Positions 13,150-35,655 of a DNA stretch of 64,000 bases are shown one piece after another. A model generated the notes under the pieces. It was not told where the DNA came from. It ran no database searches and saw only the letters and a list, made by a program, of their open reading frames with translations. Numbering within the stretch: the stretch's first letter is position 1; every line of letters begins with the position of its first letter. Location of the stretch: NCBI GenBank assembly GCA_040954595.2, contig CM082582.2:12396415-12460414 (forward strand), written 5' to 3'. The stretch is from Balanoglossus misakiensis. Taxonomy: Eukaryota; Animalia; Hemichordata. The position numbers were made by a program, and so were the translations under genes.

Positions 13150-13569
13150 TGTAATATAGTGCACGTTGTTTGTCACTGCCCTTATTCAAACACAAACCTC
13201 GTCGACATCCTCCCAGTCTGGACTGTTCCCTGTGAATTAGTGTCAGACGTAGCAGTAGAGATCGTTTGTTTACAACTCCGCAGCAACAGAAATTGATTTG
13301 AGCTTGCGCAGTTGAATCTTCCGGTTGACAACTGGGTAAATTTATTTTACTCTATAATGTATTTTTTTTTATTTTCTGACAGTTGTATTGATAAGCATGT
13401 ATAAAATAAAACTTGAATTAATGTTTTCTATCGCCTATGTAAAAAACTACTGAGTTTAGACGTACATATTTAACTCACCTTTGACCTAAATGTTCAGGTC
13501 ACAAATATCCCGGATGTTGCAGAACCTACATCCAGGTCACTGTAAGGAATCGGTTGATCTCAAGCAAAA

Positions 13570-13570
<1 letters not shown>
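13150..13570. promoter_or_regulatory. Putative bidirectional promoter, ANKRD60-like / NDUFV2
   Basis: The two divergent start codons are about 620 bp apart. The region is CpG-enriched, with an ETS-like CTTCCGG (~13318) and X-box-like half sites (GTTTACAAC, GTTGACAAC). Confidence 0.45.
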
Positions 13571-15296
<1,726 letters not shown>

Positions 15297-16129
15297 AAGA
15301 GAGTGTGTTCACATTTGTGTGTATTGCTAGCGTAATGGAATATAATTCCTGTTCCGTTGTACAGTCTTGACAGCCCCTTTTCCATGCAGAAATCAAGCGA
15401 TGTTTTCGTTGACTGCACTGTGTGGTGAATGGACAAGTTTAGGCCATCTTAATTTCATTGTAGAGCCAGAGAGAGCTTCATCATACAGATCATCATTCTG
15501 TTGCCTCTTTGAAAAATCACCCTAGGGGCAATATTGCTTACCTGCAGTTTTTTCAAGTGAAATTGTCTGTGTTTACAAACTTCAGTTGATTGAGTTGGAT
15601 AGTGTAAGACCTGTAGTTATACCTACATGTAAGTTAACAGATGCCTGAAATACACAACCACTGGTGTATGTAGATACTGCTTAATGTTTTTGAAGTGGAT
15701 TTATTCTGACAAAATAAATGATAATTTAAAACAAACCTCTGTCTGCTTTATAGAAAAGACCTTGTAAAGGTTTTATTTGAGAACTATAAAAAAACAAACC
15801 ATTATAAAAAAGTCAAAGAAACCATCAACAGGCTGTTGATGGTTCAAGTCCTTTAGGGTGTTGCGTTAAAATGCCATAAAACTTGCTACTACCAGAGTTA
15901 ATAGAGGGGAAATAGTGCTTTCAGACATCGATCTCCCAAAAGTTTATTAAAACACCCGAGTAAAAAGTTGAGTGACCTTGGGTAACCCTATTGGACAGTG
16001 CTAACAATTAAGATGGAGCGCCCCCACAAGTCTTAAAAGACATATTAGCACGTGACTGCAGGCAAGTGAAACTAAAATAGTGTAGGTTGGTTTCAGCGAC
16101 AATTTTCTCATTGTAACGGCGATACGAAG

Positions 16130-23359
<7,230 letters not shown>

Positions 23360-24220
23360 ACATTGAAGGCGAACAAATAGAGCCAAGTTAAAGTGTTTTC
23401 CATAAGTGATGTACTAAAAGATAAAGAGATCTTTAGAAAGTTCGTTCATAGTATAATCATGAACAGTTCTTGATTGCCAACATTTTACTTGCACAGTAAG
23501 AAAACAGTGCAAGTTTAAGATTTAAAATATTTGTAGCTGTTTATTGTTAACTTTGTTGAGATCGCTTGCATATACCGGTATAGGTGTATTTTGTAGTTCA
23601 TAGTTTAAAGAATAAATGTTCAATTTATATATACTCCTTTCATGGATTGCTGTTGGCTCATATGTGGTCGTCCACATAGCAGTGGGTGTTTGTGTTTGTT
23701 GTTCGTGACTGGTGTAATGGTCTTTGTGTTACAAGCTATTTTATATATGTTGTGTTCATGTCTGAAACTCAATCTTTTAATTTTTGTAGAATGTAGCTTG
23801 TGTAAAAAATTGCATTATGAATGTTGGCGTGTGTCATTATACTCGGCCAAGAGTTGACTGGATTGTCCCCATGTCTGAGTGATTGCATGTACACAGTGCA
23901 TTGATGACCTGTTTTATGCGCCAGTACCACCTGGGGTAGAAGATACCCACCAATCATGAAGCACACGCTACTTTCCTGTCCGCTAATTAACATTAAGTAG
24001 TTGTGCAGCTGTGCGTTGTATATAGAGATTTCTATTGGTTGAGAGAGAGAGTGTATAGCTTCGCCAGGTGTTTCCAATGATTCCCAGCGCTCACCACTTC
24101 ATTCGTGTCGCCATATTCATGGTGAAAGCATCGTGTCGAAGGACGACATCCTTCACCCAAAAGGAATAATGAAAGAGGCTGACGCGGATAACTGATTTTT
24201 CCTGGATTTTTGAGTACTTA

Positions 24221-24349
24221 TAAGTGGAATACACATTGTGCCAGGATATTGGAGAAATTCTAAGTGGAATACTGATTGTGCCAGGATTTTGGAGAACCTA
24301 TTGTGCCAGGATTTTGGAGAAATTCTCAGTGGAAATTTGTGGGATACTG
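24221..24349. repeat. ~40-bp degenerate tandem repeat, about 3 copies
   Basis: Core ATTGTGCCAGGATTTTGGAGAA occurs three times with TAAGTGGAATAC-like linkers, between the converging TDRD5 and SCGN-like 3' ends. Confidence 0.8.
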
Positions 24350-25417
24350 CCGAAAGAAACTGCAATTCCTTCAAGTCTGTCGAAATCCAGGCGATCCACC
24401 AAGTAAAAGGTGAGCAATTTTGTTGCTAATAATGTGGCATGGTTGCATTTTTGAAACATTCTCGTGAACAAGATGGAGAACATGTTTTGTTCACCATTTC
24501 GTTCCGGGGAATACCATGTACCCTGTGATGGATGGCATTGGTCGTTTGTGTATCCTTTGTTCGGCATTTGCTCTTTATATTATATAAACATGTAACAGGC
24601 AAACGCACACCTCTCAACATGGCGTCTCTTTGAAACTGTAAGAGACATGAAGCAACCACTCGGGTTTTCTTTTAATGGCACCGAATTACAGACCAATTTT
24701 TCTGACCACATTGACTCCTGGAAAACCAGTGAGAAATTGTGAAAGAGGTTTCTCGTGTAACTTTATAAGCGCGCAGAGTGAACAATGCCATAAGATTTGT
24801 TTCGATTGCATTGAAGTCTGAGTCTGGAAAATGTGAGAGTCTTCCAGCACTAACAGTCAGATTCAATACACGCGAAAACATGTGTCATTGTACACAGACT
24901 TTATTCAGAATTATTGAAAGATCTTCACAAAAACAGGCGATAGGAAATATGAAAGAAAAAACTTGTAAAACTCACAAAGAATTGTTTTAAAGCAACAACT
25001 TTTCCTCATTTTCTTTTGTTAATGTTAGATATATTATTATTTAAGGAAACAGTTCTTTTAGTATTGAGTTAAGTAGATTCGCACTGAGAATATAATGTGA
25101 ACTTAGATTCAACAAGTTTTTAAAAATACAAAAAAACAGTTGTAGCAAAATGCTCTTATTGTGAATGAGGATATCTAAATAATCACAAGGCCACTTGTAG
25201 AATATAACATTCGAAATCCATGTTTTCCAAAGACCGATTGTACTCTTCTGTCGAATTACACTCAGAAACGCTGTCCATTTCAACTTCTGAATTGCTTTGT
25301 AGACTTTTCCATTTTTCCGTTCGTTCAGATCACCGATTCTGATTTCCCATTCCGCATGTTCCAAACCCTTTTCCTTGTTTTCGTACTTGGCGACGCCCGA
25401 AAAGCGGGGTACGCTTC

Positions 25418-28400
25418 TTACATGCTCATGTCCAAGTAGAGCCCCAGACAGAGACGCAGTTCATCTCGTTGTATCTTGCCGTCTTTGTTCTTGTCACAGT
25501 TGGAGAGAATGCCTTTCTTGAAGAGTTCAACCTGGGTCACACTTAGGTTTTCCTGCAATGTCAATGTTAGTTGTCAGTGTCGGGTGTTGGGATTTTTGTT
25601 GTCTTTGCTGCAATGGAGAATGGTTCAATAACCGATAATCTGGCAGTACTTTGCTCTGAGATCAAGCATACAACTCATCAAAAAAAACAAAGATGTGGCC
25701 TGTGAACGCCACAAGATGGCGCTATACTTACCATGTCTGGTGACATCAAATCGGCGACGAAGGCGTCCAGTTCATCGCCCTCAATGGCCCCAGTCTTGCT
25801 CTGTGTAGTGATACAGTGATATATTAGCAATGTATAATATCATTTTAATCGATATTGTCTTGTACATGGAAAACAAACACCGACAACACAATTGGTGGTG
25901 TGCGCCCCCTACCTTGTCGTAATAGTCGAACACTTTGTTGAAATGCCTCTGTTTCTCTTTGTAAGTCATGGTCTGAAAGAGAGAAATTATCGTTCATCAA
26001 AATGTTGCCGAGCAACTATCGAATACTAAGTTGGCATGCACGCAATATTGTCGACAGCTGTCTGGTACTAATGACGCTCGTGTTTCATCTACTCATCTGA
26101 GAGTCAGTGAGATTTCCTGGAGGCTAGTATTTGTCAAAAGAACAATTCAAATAATTAATCTAGTTCTACATTTGTTCAACGTATTCATCCCATCGTTCAA
26201 AGTCATAACGTGTGGGTCACGGTCTACATACGAGTTATAATCCTACTATTTCTAAATACTATGCCATTACTTTGTTTAAATAATATCACCACCTGCAAAA
26301 ATCAATGACATTAATTACTATTGACTACGACCCATCTGTGAGTTACAGCTGGGCAACTGCAAAATATCATTAAAAATTTACAACGAAGCATCTCCCCTTC
26401 ATATCCCCGTGGGCTTTAAGCGACTCGTATTCAAGCACCCCCTTACCTTACTCTTAAGTTCAAACTGGGTCAGAAAATTATCTTGTGGCTCAATCGATAG
26501 AATTCTAAACAGGAATAATGAAATGTTTGGGTTAGTATTGCGCATACGTACTTGGTAAAGTGCACTTTTAATGGAAGTAGCATAGCACAGCCTTTTGAAA
26601 AATCCGTCTCAATCAACATCATGAAGAATGAGTTGGTTCTGTATGCCCTTTGGCTCACTACAAACATTTCGGCTCTAAATTTTTATTTTTCGTAGAAGAA
26701 TAAGCAAATATTCGCAGAATATCTATCCTTTGAGACATACATTAATCAGGTATACACGTGAGAAAGGACAGCTGTCGTTGGCTTGTATTAAAGCGTCAAA
26801 TGCAAAAAAAAAAACTGTGCAGATATTAATTCCGTTGCTATGCTGAATGTTCAAACAGTTAATATGTTTCTCATCGATTCCGAACTAACCTAGCCATTTC
26901 CTTGAGTCCGAGCCTGCCGTCGCCATTTTTGTCGAATATTTTGAGCTGCCGGGGAAACACATGTAATCTGGCATCATTGAATCATACTGCATATGCGACC
27001 AGACCATACGAACAACAATGTTTCAATGGAATGAAAATCAATAGAAGCATATGGTCTTACAAATTCCGACGGCTTGGAAGCACGCATCAAATGTATTATG
27101 AATGGCTAGAACCAAATATGCCTGAGGCGTTCCGTTTAAATGATTGTTGTGGCCATTGAATGACTACTTACAATTCCCTTCGTGTATTCTTCAAGTTTTT
27201 CCTCTTCGACGTCTTTTCCCCTTTTGCGTAATAAATCTCGGATGAAGTACTGAGTGGAAAAGTAGTGCAGACAGAAGGAAAAACAAGAAAAATATTGATC
27301 TTTGTGTGATTCGTGTTCTTATTAAGTGTAGGCCTACGTTAGGTGTTTCAAATCACTTCTCATGGTGCCTTTCTTAGTCATATAATTACAGGAGGATTGG
27401 CATGATAAAAATGGAAATAATTTGTGATAAATCATGGTTTTCATTTATGATGTTTTCTTATCATTTCACACCATTGTAGCTGCTTCTAGAATTCTGTCTT
27501 GTCACACGTCTTACCTTGAGCTCATCGGCGTTGATGTACCCACTTTTGTCGTTGTCATATTTACGCCAAAGCTGTTGGTAGCATATTAGGAGTAGGGAAT
27601 GAAAAGAAAACAAGTCATTAATGTGAAACATGATGTCAGTACGTATTGTTAGATGGCGATCGATGGCAAAATGTCCCTGCTTGTCGTAATGAAATCAGGT
27701 ACGGTCTTTTGTTCTACATCAATAAAAATGCAATATTTTGAAGAGACGCCTGTCCCACTTTAATGTTTTTGGCCTGAGGCGATTTTTATTTGGTCAATTT
27801 TTCACCCAATTAATCCATTACAGAAGAGTGCATTTCATTCTACATTTACCATCAGACAGGTTGCTTATTTGAATAATTAATTAATGGTTGACAGACAGAA
27901 CAGCGTTGTAGTACAAATATTTGCCATTTTGATACTATTCTTCCTAGTGTCTTTGCTTTTAACTGAGCCCTTAATACATATTTTCAGTTGTTTGTTCTAA
28001 AATGAATGATTATTTAGTAATGAAGGGGTTACAGGGGGAAACATATGCACGCGACGAGGCCCTTGGGGTTGTCTGTTGATAACATACAGCATAAACACAT
28101 ATATACAAGCATAAAACTCAATTTGTTCTTATTTCATTTGATTTCGCTTACTCTCATAATAGCTCTGAAAGGAATAAAACATTGGCATCAACGATTGAGA
28201 TTCTAATTCTCGCACCATAATGTTGCCATATGCACAAACAGGTCTTAATATGCTCTACAGCTGCCCATTAAAGTCGACCTGATTGAGCTATGATGAAGGA
28301 ATGCAAGTAATCAAGGTAAACGACCGACCAAGGACACAATTAACGGTCATAATCAAAGGCAATCTAATTTAACAATGGCGTACAATCAAGAACATGAACA

Positions 28401-31400
28401 ATTTAAAAATGCGTCTGCATCGTTTTATTATGTGACGCAGGGCCATAGTCATCTGTCTCACCTCCATCATGTCTACACTCGATTCAAGTCGTTCTTCGCG
28501 ACGGAATAACAGTATAAACGTCTCATCTGTCGGCATGATGTTAGATAACTGCAAAAATAAGACAAATTCAAATTCATAAAACAATCCGTTTTACAGTCTC
28601 GTGATAAACCTCCCGTTGCCATGGAGAAGTACATTTCCTATGGAAGAACCGTCGGTTCTCATTTTTGACGCGGCGTTGATAATAAAGATGAGAGCAACGG
28701 AACCTGACATTAATGGTCTCCCTGACAACGACTGTCCTTTTCATTCACCTCCTTGGATACGCGTGAAAGACTGCATTCGAATCTGATTGCTTTGAAGTAG
28801 AGAAGAAAACTCTGAACACTTCGAGATATTATTCTAACGGAAGTTTTCACAACGAGACGTGACTGTCGGTTCGTCCAGCAGATCTTACCTCGGTAATAGC
28901 AATTCTACCATCGCCGGCGTCGTCATAAGCAGACATGAAACAGTCTTTCATGTCCTTTACAGTTTGGTCGGAGATTTCCTGTAATAAACCGAAGAAAAAT
29001 TCGTATATTCGTTTGATCATTCACCGGTTGTTTTAACAGAGGAAACCGGACGAAACACTAAGGTCATTGATAACGTTGTTGCACTGTCAACCCATGATTT
29101 AAACATCTAATCTTAATCGAGAGATTACCAGATAATCATCTAATTTGAACCGGGGGATTCTGGCTTAGGCCGTTAATCTAGACCTATAGAGATTCGTAGT
29201 TTCTTGGTCAGATTAAATTCAAAAACTACTCAATAAACCGCATTCGTTGCCGTTTGATGTAACCTCAACGCCATTGAAATGAATTACATCTTGATTTGTT
29301 ACAACCTTGTTGGATTGGTTTCTATGGCGACAAATACCTTGCAAAGGTCGGTAAATTGGCTTGAAATGAAAATTATCATAGTGCACATAAAATTACGTTT
29401 TGATGGCTCGTAACGAATGGCCACGGTCTGACCTTTAGGAAGAATGATAATTAAATGTCTTCGTTATCGTAAATTGTACCTGGTTGTCTTGATGTTGAAT
29501 ATCCTGTTTTTTCAAGGGAACATCGATAGAGGGCGGCTCTTTGTTGTGACGTGTCGGTTTTTGATTGGACAAGGGCAACAAGCCTGATTCCTCATTTTGC
29601 GCATGACAGGAAACCCCCATGTGACCAATCTGACAAATTATCGGCAAGTCACGTAAAGTTCCATATCTGATGGAGCTGCTGCCATAAAACTGCTACAAAT
29701 TATGTCTGCTCAAATTTATTACTCTGATGTACATCAGAATTACATACATGGAATATTTGCAGCGCAGTGAATGTGTAGAATATCCGAGTTCTATAATTTT
29801 TCAGCCAAGAAAACCTGTGACCCCTTCACAATTCGATTGAAAAGAAAACTCACCACCTGTAAATTCAATGGTTGCTTATATTATTATAAACAGATGATGG
29901 ATTTGCGGATAGAGTTGGATAAATTATTCGGGTTTTTGTTTTATCGATTAACCTTACTCCCGTTTGCCATGTTCGAACTTGTGAAGGTACTACTCTATCA
30001 TGATCGTGAATAGAAAGGTTATCAGGTGTCAAATGAAAACACGTGCTCAGAACGATGGAATAGTAATTATTGAAAAATTAATGAGTTTCTGAATTTATGG
30101 GAAGATGTACAGATTATAGCAGTACGTATACGTGCTCCATTTCGTACATAATTGAGAAAATGAAAATGAATGGACGGTACTCTGTGTTTCGACACTGTTT
30201 TGAAATTCAAGTGGTGGAACTACAGACAGATTCTCCTTGTCTGTGTTTGAACGTACCTGGTGCGATACAAAAAAAATCGAGCAAATTTGAACAGAGCTAT
30301 TTCAGCCAGAAGACTACACTTCGAAGGTAATCGACTGTTAATGAGCAAAAGTGCATATTTAATTACACTCAGGTCAACCTTTCATTGGCATGTTACTTGT
30401 TTCATTTGTACATGATGTGGAGAGACAGGTGTGACCAAATTAATTTCGTAGTTGAGTGTTCTGAGGACAATTACCATGGTGACTTCAATGTTTCTGTAAT
30501 TGCCTACTCTGAACACAGAACTGAACACTGCGCACACGCAGATCCCTATCCTTTTATTATTTGTCCACTTGTTGATTTTGATATAATCAATGTATTAAAA
30601 TTCAGGTCACGTTGTTGACGCATTATCATTTATCTATACCAATACTAGCTATGATGAATATCACTACGAAATGAAGTCCAGATAAAATCAAAAAAACATA
30701 TCCACTTTATGACAATCAACTATTCCATTACCGCGATCAGCAACACACTTCTGTCAGTATTATTCTCTTTTTATTTGCGTATCGTTTTCAGTATCCAACA
30801 GAGACCTATCACACGCTGGGCAGATTTCACTCATGAATAAACACAGCTCGAAAGGCTGAATTCACATTTGCATATTCGTTACATTTTTTCTTTCTCTGTG
30901 GGATATTGCAATATTGAGGAACAAAAAATATATTTGATTCTACGCGAGAGAAGTATAATCTGACGGGCGGATGTCGTGAATTGATCCAAGGAAATCCGTA
31001 ACCGTCGCCATGGGATACAAGGGAAAAAGGCTCGCCAGGTTGAATGCAAATGCACTGCCTTAAAGTTAAACGAGCGCCTTTTCACGTATTCATTAGTTTT
31101 TGAGAAAGTTGTCAAACACCCACTGTAATGGTATGTTGTGACGACCACGTGACGGGGCAACTTAAAGAAACTGACATAACGTGCCATCAATGTGACCTCA
31201 ATCCTATAGTTTCCAGGATTTCTCGAAAGCAACGCTCTGACAATGATGAAACACTTTATAATTCTATGGAGACATGTTTGTTCTGTCAGGGGAGTCTTAC
31301 CTTGTCACCGGTCATGGTTTGCAGTAAATCACGAAAGAAGAGATCCAGGCCGTCCTCATCAATGTATCCGCTGTCTGTTGAGGTGAAAGAGAAATGAATA

Positions 31401-34400
31401 TTGGAATTATTCACACATTCAAGTGCCTGCAATATAGCATTGCACTCAGCTGTAGTTATGAATGGACAGATGGTCACCTTTGTGGTGCCTTTTGAATTGT
31501 TCTAGTATTGGTTGTCAAGGATGCTTGATGGTGCAAATACTGCGTCAGATTTATGCGAAAAAACACAATTTTGATGCGATCTTGATGGTGTGATGTGATG
31601 GTATACAGCTGTATATATCCATACAGCTGTAAATTGACAATGAGCTCAGGTGTGGAAATAAGTGCAATTGACATGTACAGATGGAGCCCGCCATTCAAAA
31701 TTTGAAAAGTCCAGAAATTCAGGGTCGGTGACCTCAAGCTGACCCACTCATCCATGGCGCGTTTTCTTCAGGGTCATTTGTTGTTATCACGCATGCGTTT
31801 CGTGTCATATGACTGCCCCTGAGGTGAGTAATTGCATTGAACAACCTGTCATCAAGGCACGTCGGGTTTCTGTAGACGTGCTTCATCACATTTCTGTCGG
31901 ATCATTTTATTCCCGAACTTTCAATTACTCAACAGAAATGTGAATTCATGCGTTAATCATTCTTCTAGGAGCTGTCCATACGGTCCAATCACAGCTCATC
32001 AATAGTGAACTGGAAAACTCGATTTCTAGGTCACAGGTCACAGGGGGCATGGTTTGCTGAATCTTTTTAGTTGTTTCATTAAAATAGTGTAAAGTTCTGT
32101 GAAAACAGGTCCTGTTTGTGCATTGCCAAAGAGCGTTGACATGGCAACAGAAAACCCATAAATATTATATTGAAATTCCATTTCCCGCAGTATATTTATT
32201 TCACGTACTTATTTCACCTACTTATTTCATGTTATATTTGTTAATAATTTATTATTTATAAACTAACTTATAATAATTTGACAAGCCATTCCCCAATGAT
32301 TACTACGTTCCTGAAACAGTTTTGCTGTTTACTGCTTTTATGCAAAATTTCGTTCAGGGAAGCTATTATGGACTCTAATCGTATTTCAAAGTGTGACTAA
32401 TTGAAGTTAAAAGCTCTGATAATTGAGATACATGCATGTACTAAACGGACGGGTATAGATAAGGCATTGCTGCTTAGCGACGCTAGCGAACACGACGATC
32501 GAAACAAAATGAGAGCGTGAGCAGCAAATCTTCAGGCAAGATTCGTACTGAAAGCGAAACCTCTCTCGGCGTGTTAGGGTAATGATGTCAGTGTATGGAG
32601 AGAATACAATTTAGCCACTTTGCCAATGAAGGGAATCGAATAAATCTACCGAGAATTTAATCCCTGTGCTGTCAGACCTTTTGTATTCAGTTGCGGGAGT
32701 GGTTCGATGTAATTTGCATTTACGGTTCAAACTTTGCATCCGGGGAAGAGGCAATGAGATGTTACCATAGGAATAGGTTTTAATGTGATCTAACATTTCA
32801 ATGGATATAAATCGGATAAGACTGTCATGTCAATTCTTAAAGGATTTTACCCGAAAATACTCAAGTTGCAGCACTGGCCTTTTGACATAAAATTTAGATG
32901 GATAAATGAACAAATTATTCGGATATGTGGTTTGAGGGACTGTGGTTTGAGTGTTTAAGAGAGGCTTCGATATCACGTGCTTTGAAATATTGTACGAAAA
33001 CGAGAGTTATAAAGGGCGTTATAACATCTGAAGTGTTGCAAAAGGAAACTATTGTACAAGATTATTTGAACCCAGAAGGCAGAATTCATAGAGATGTCAA
33101 TCATACACTCTGTGGAAATTTTGATTCAATAATCCAATTTAAAACATCAAAGGAATCAATAACGCATAAAATACTCTTAGAGAATATAACTAGCTTCCTT
33201 AGTTATAGTAACCAAGTGCCACGAACTGCCAGTTACCGTCATGCCATGCTGTCAGAAGTATTGGTAGTTATATTTTAATGTATACGCCGACGATTTTAAT
33301 TAAATTTCAACCAGCTACTATAGTCTCTAATGTCAATGAATGTTTTCTGACATAGAAATAATTGGTTTCCTCGATTTAGAGTCGCGTGGTTGTATAATGA
33401 CACTCTGGTTGAATCAGTCAGTGCCATATAACAACGGGAAATTATTTTAAAACGCACCTTTTTCATTAGTGCATTATCGACAAGCAATATCAACTTCACC
33501 ATAGCAAATTTACATAACAACAGCAAAATGTGAGCACGGTGTGTTTCAGGTATGGTGATAATTATGCACGCAGAGATAACTACGAATGAACGCCATAATG
33601 TTCTGAAAACATAGTCATCTCTTGGATGACTTTACAAATGAGACGCAAGACGACGCGGGTCTGCAGGGATAGTGGGTTAATCCCTTTTAAAACCAAGATT
33701 ATTTAGGAAAGCTTTTACGGGAGACAGGAGACGCGGCACTTAAGGTTTCATGCCTTTGTTAATTACGTATGCTGCAACTTAAAGGCAAGGCTCTGGTGAG
33801 TTAAGGTAAAACCAAACAACGCCGCTGGCGAGGCTGAACTCAATATTGTCGGCGGACATGCTTCTACTAGATGGTATTGATGACTATGCATCTGTGCACG
33901 TGATCCGTAATCACTGTGCCTGAAATTGCAATTAGAATTTTGAATCTGCCAGCGCACACAGTCGCCCCAGAAGCTAAGATGATTTCCGGTGTCATATTTG
34001 AAAAATTGGTGTGAGATAAATGCATCGTTTTGTGATAGCGATAATCGTTTTGTTTCCTGTTAACCATCAAAGACTATTGGGTGCTTCCGCCCTAATAATT
34101 TATTGTAATCAATTATTGGAATCCGAGTCTTTTAGCGGGCGATTTGAATGATAATACATGTTTATATAATGTGGTCAAGGGTCAGGCGTACTTTCTACTA
34201 TTTCGTACGAGTAGAGTAATGCTGTTCTCATTTGTTTGTTAAGATCAGACTCAGCCTTGTGTGTTGATCGACTGTGTCTTGTCTCTCTTTGTGCCAGTAT
34301 TAGCATGAATATACCAGCTTAAACATCAAGGACACTGCAGTCATTACCAATACGCATAATAAAACCCTAGTTCATCAAATAAATAGACCCCGCGTTGTCA

Positions 34401-35655
34401 TATCGACGGAGGCGATACGTGCATCGAATATTTGCGCATAAATGATCTCAGAAGGGGATTTTGAAATAGCGCTCGCTTAAAATTGATTACGCATTGGGCT
34501 GACACACTTTCACCTTGAATTTACGATCGATCGTTTTCTATAGATTTTATTCAATTTTTCTTGTACCATGCATACTGTTGTGAGTTATAGTTGACCGCCA
34601 TCAATCATGGCTATCATTTTCATGATGTTGAGCACGGTTACCATGGATATGATGATTTTCATTTTCAAAGAATCGCAAAAAGGAGGTATACGTTAGTCAT
34701 GCGGCCTTTATGATGTCATTGATGGACCAAGTACAGGCTATGTAAATATCGGTTTGTCATTGAACGACTCGAGTACGTTGTTTGTTCTACATTATGAAGT
34801 GCGACCATTTAAGGTGAGTGGAACCGAGGCGCGAAAAGGGAATTGCATGTGCGTGCATAAATCACTCCAGTGCCCTAAAAATAAGTTAGAATTTTTGTGC
34901 AAATACAGATTATGCAAAATCTATGTACTTTCACGTCGCCATTAAATCTGTCCATGTGTAAACTGCATGTTAAAAATTCACACTCCTGGAAGTGATGTAA
35001 ATGAACTTGTTGACAACTGTGTTGTCATTTATGATGGCCCGAAAACTAGAAAATAATAAACGTTAGAATAAAATACGAGTTCTAAAATAAATTGCTAAAA
35101 ATCTCCTTACAAATCTGTTTGATATCGATCACATCAGTCGTTAACGTAGACTTGAAAAAGAGAGAGAGAAAGAGAGGGGGGGGGGGGGAGAGACAGCCGC
35201 GACCCCGCTTAGATTAGTGCTGAAATTAATGTCCATATTTTGTCAACTTCCCGTCTCTCAGAGTCTATGCAATTAGGTTAATAACAGCACAATGTGATTA
35301 TGATTCATTCACATCTGTTGGTAGCAGACGACATTAATATGAAAACGTAGTAAACGATTAATATTCAATGTGATTATGGAATAGATATAATTTTGAGATG
35401 CGACTATTCAGCTTTCTGCTTTATGAGAAAATTGTTGCCTCATCAACACAACGCGATGAGTCAACGGCTGTATCATCGTGCGTTTATAGTAAACAACGCC
35501 CAGAACACGAGACTAGTGAATGACCTACCGTTGCTATCGTAATGTTGCCAGATCTCTCCAAATTTATCCGCCGTTAACCTGCCTGTATTTGGAAATTTCG
35601 ACAAGAAATTCTCATATTTCTCGTGCTTTTTGGTGATTTTCTTATACTGAGCCAT
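25418..35655 (-). CDS. SCGN: Secretagogin-like hexa-EF-hand calcium-binding protein, ~296 aa
   Basis: 11 phase-consistent exons: 35655-35529, 31374-31301, 28978-28889, 28548-28462, 27571-27515, 27249-27172, 26945-26890, 26504-26447, 25972-25913, 25800-25732, 25552-25418. SCGN-type motifs LLFRREERLESSV, KIFDKNGDGRL, ARILSI..DNFLTQF, YYDKSKTGAIEG, CDKNKDGKIQRDELRLCLGL. Confidence 0.9.

Noticed and set aside
16114-16119. MYB-type TAACGG just upstream of the TDRD5 start codon
   Set aside because: A single 6-mer is expected by chance and cannot be supported without conservation data.
24221-24349. Possible CRISPR-like repeat-spacer array
   Set aside because: Only about three degenerate copies, linkers resemble each other, no cas genes, and the context is eukaryotic.
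24550-24558. GTATCCTTT matching the U12 5' splice-site consensus (also at ~50869)
   Set aside because: No associated exon or branch site found; all reconstructed introns have ordinary GT-AG U2-type donors.
35160-35192. GA and G homopolymer runs (also ~51602, ~55253, ~63147) as G-quadruplex elements
   Set aside because: Simple low-complexity runs with no evidence of function.
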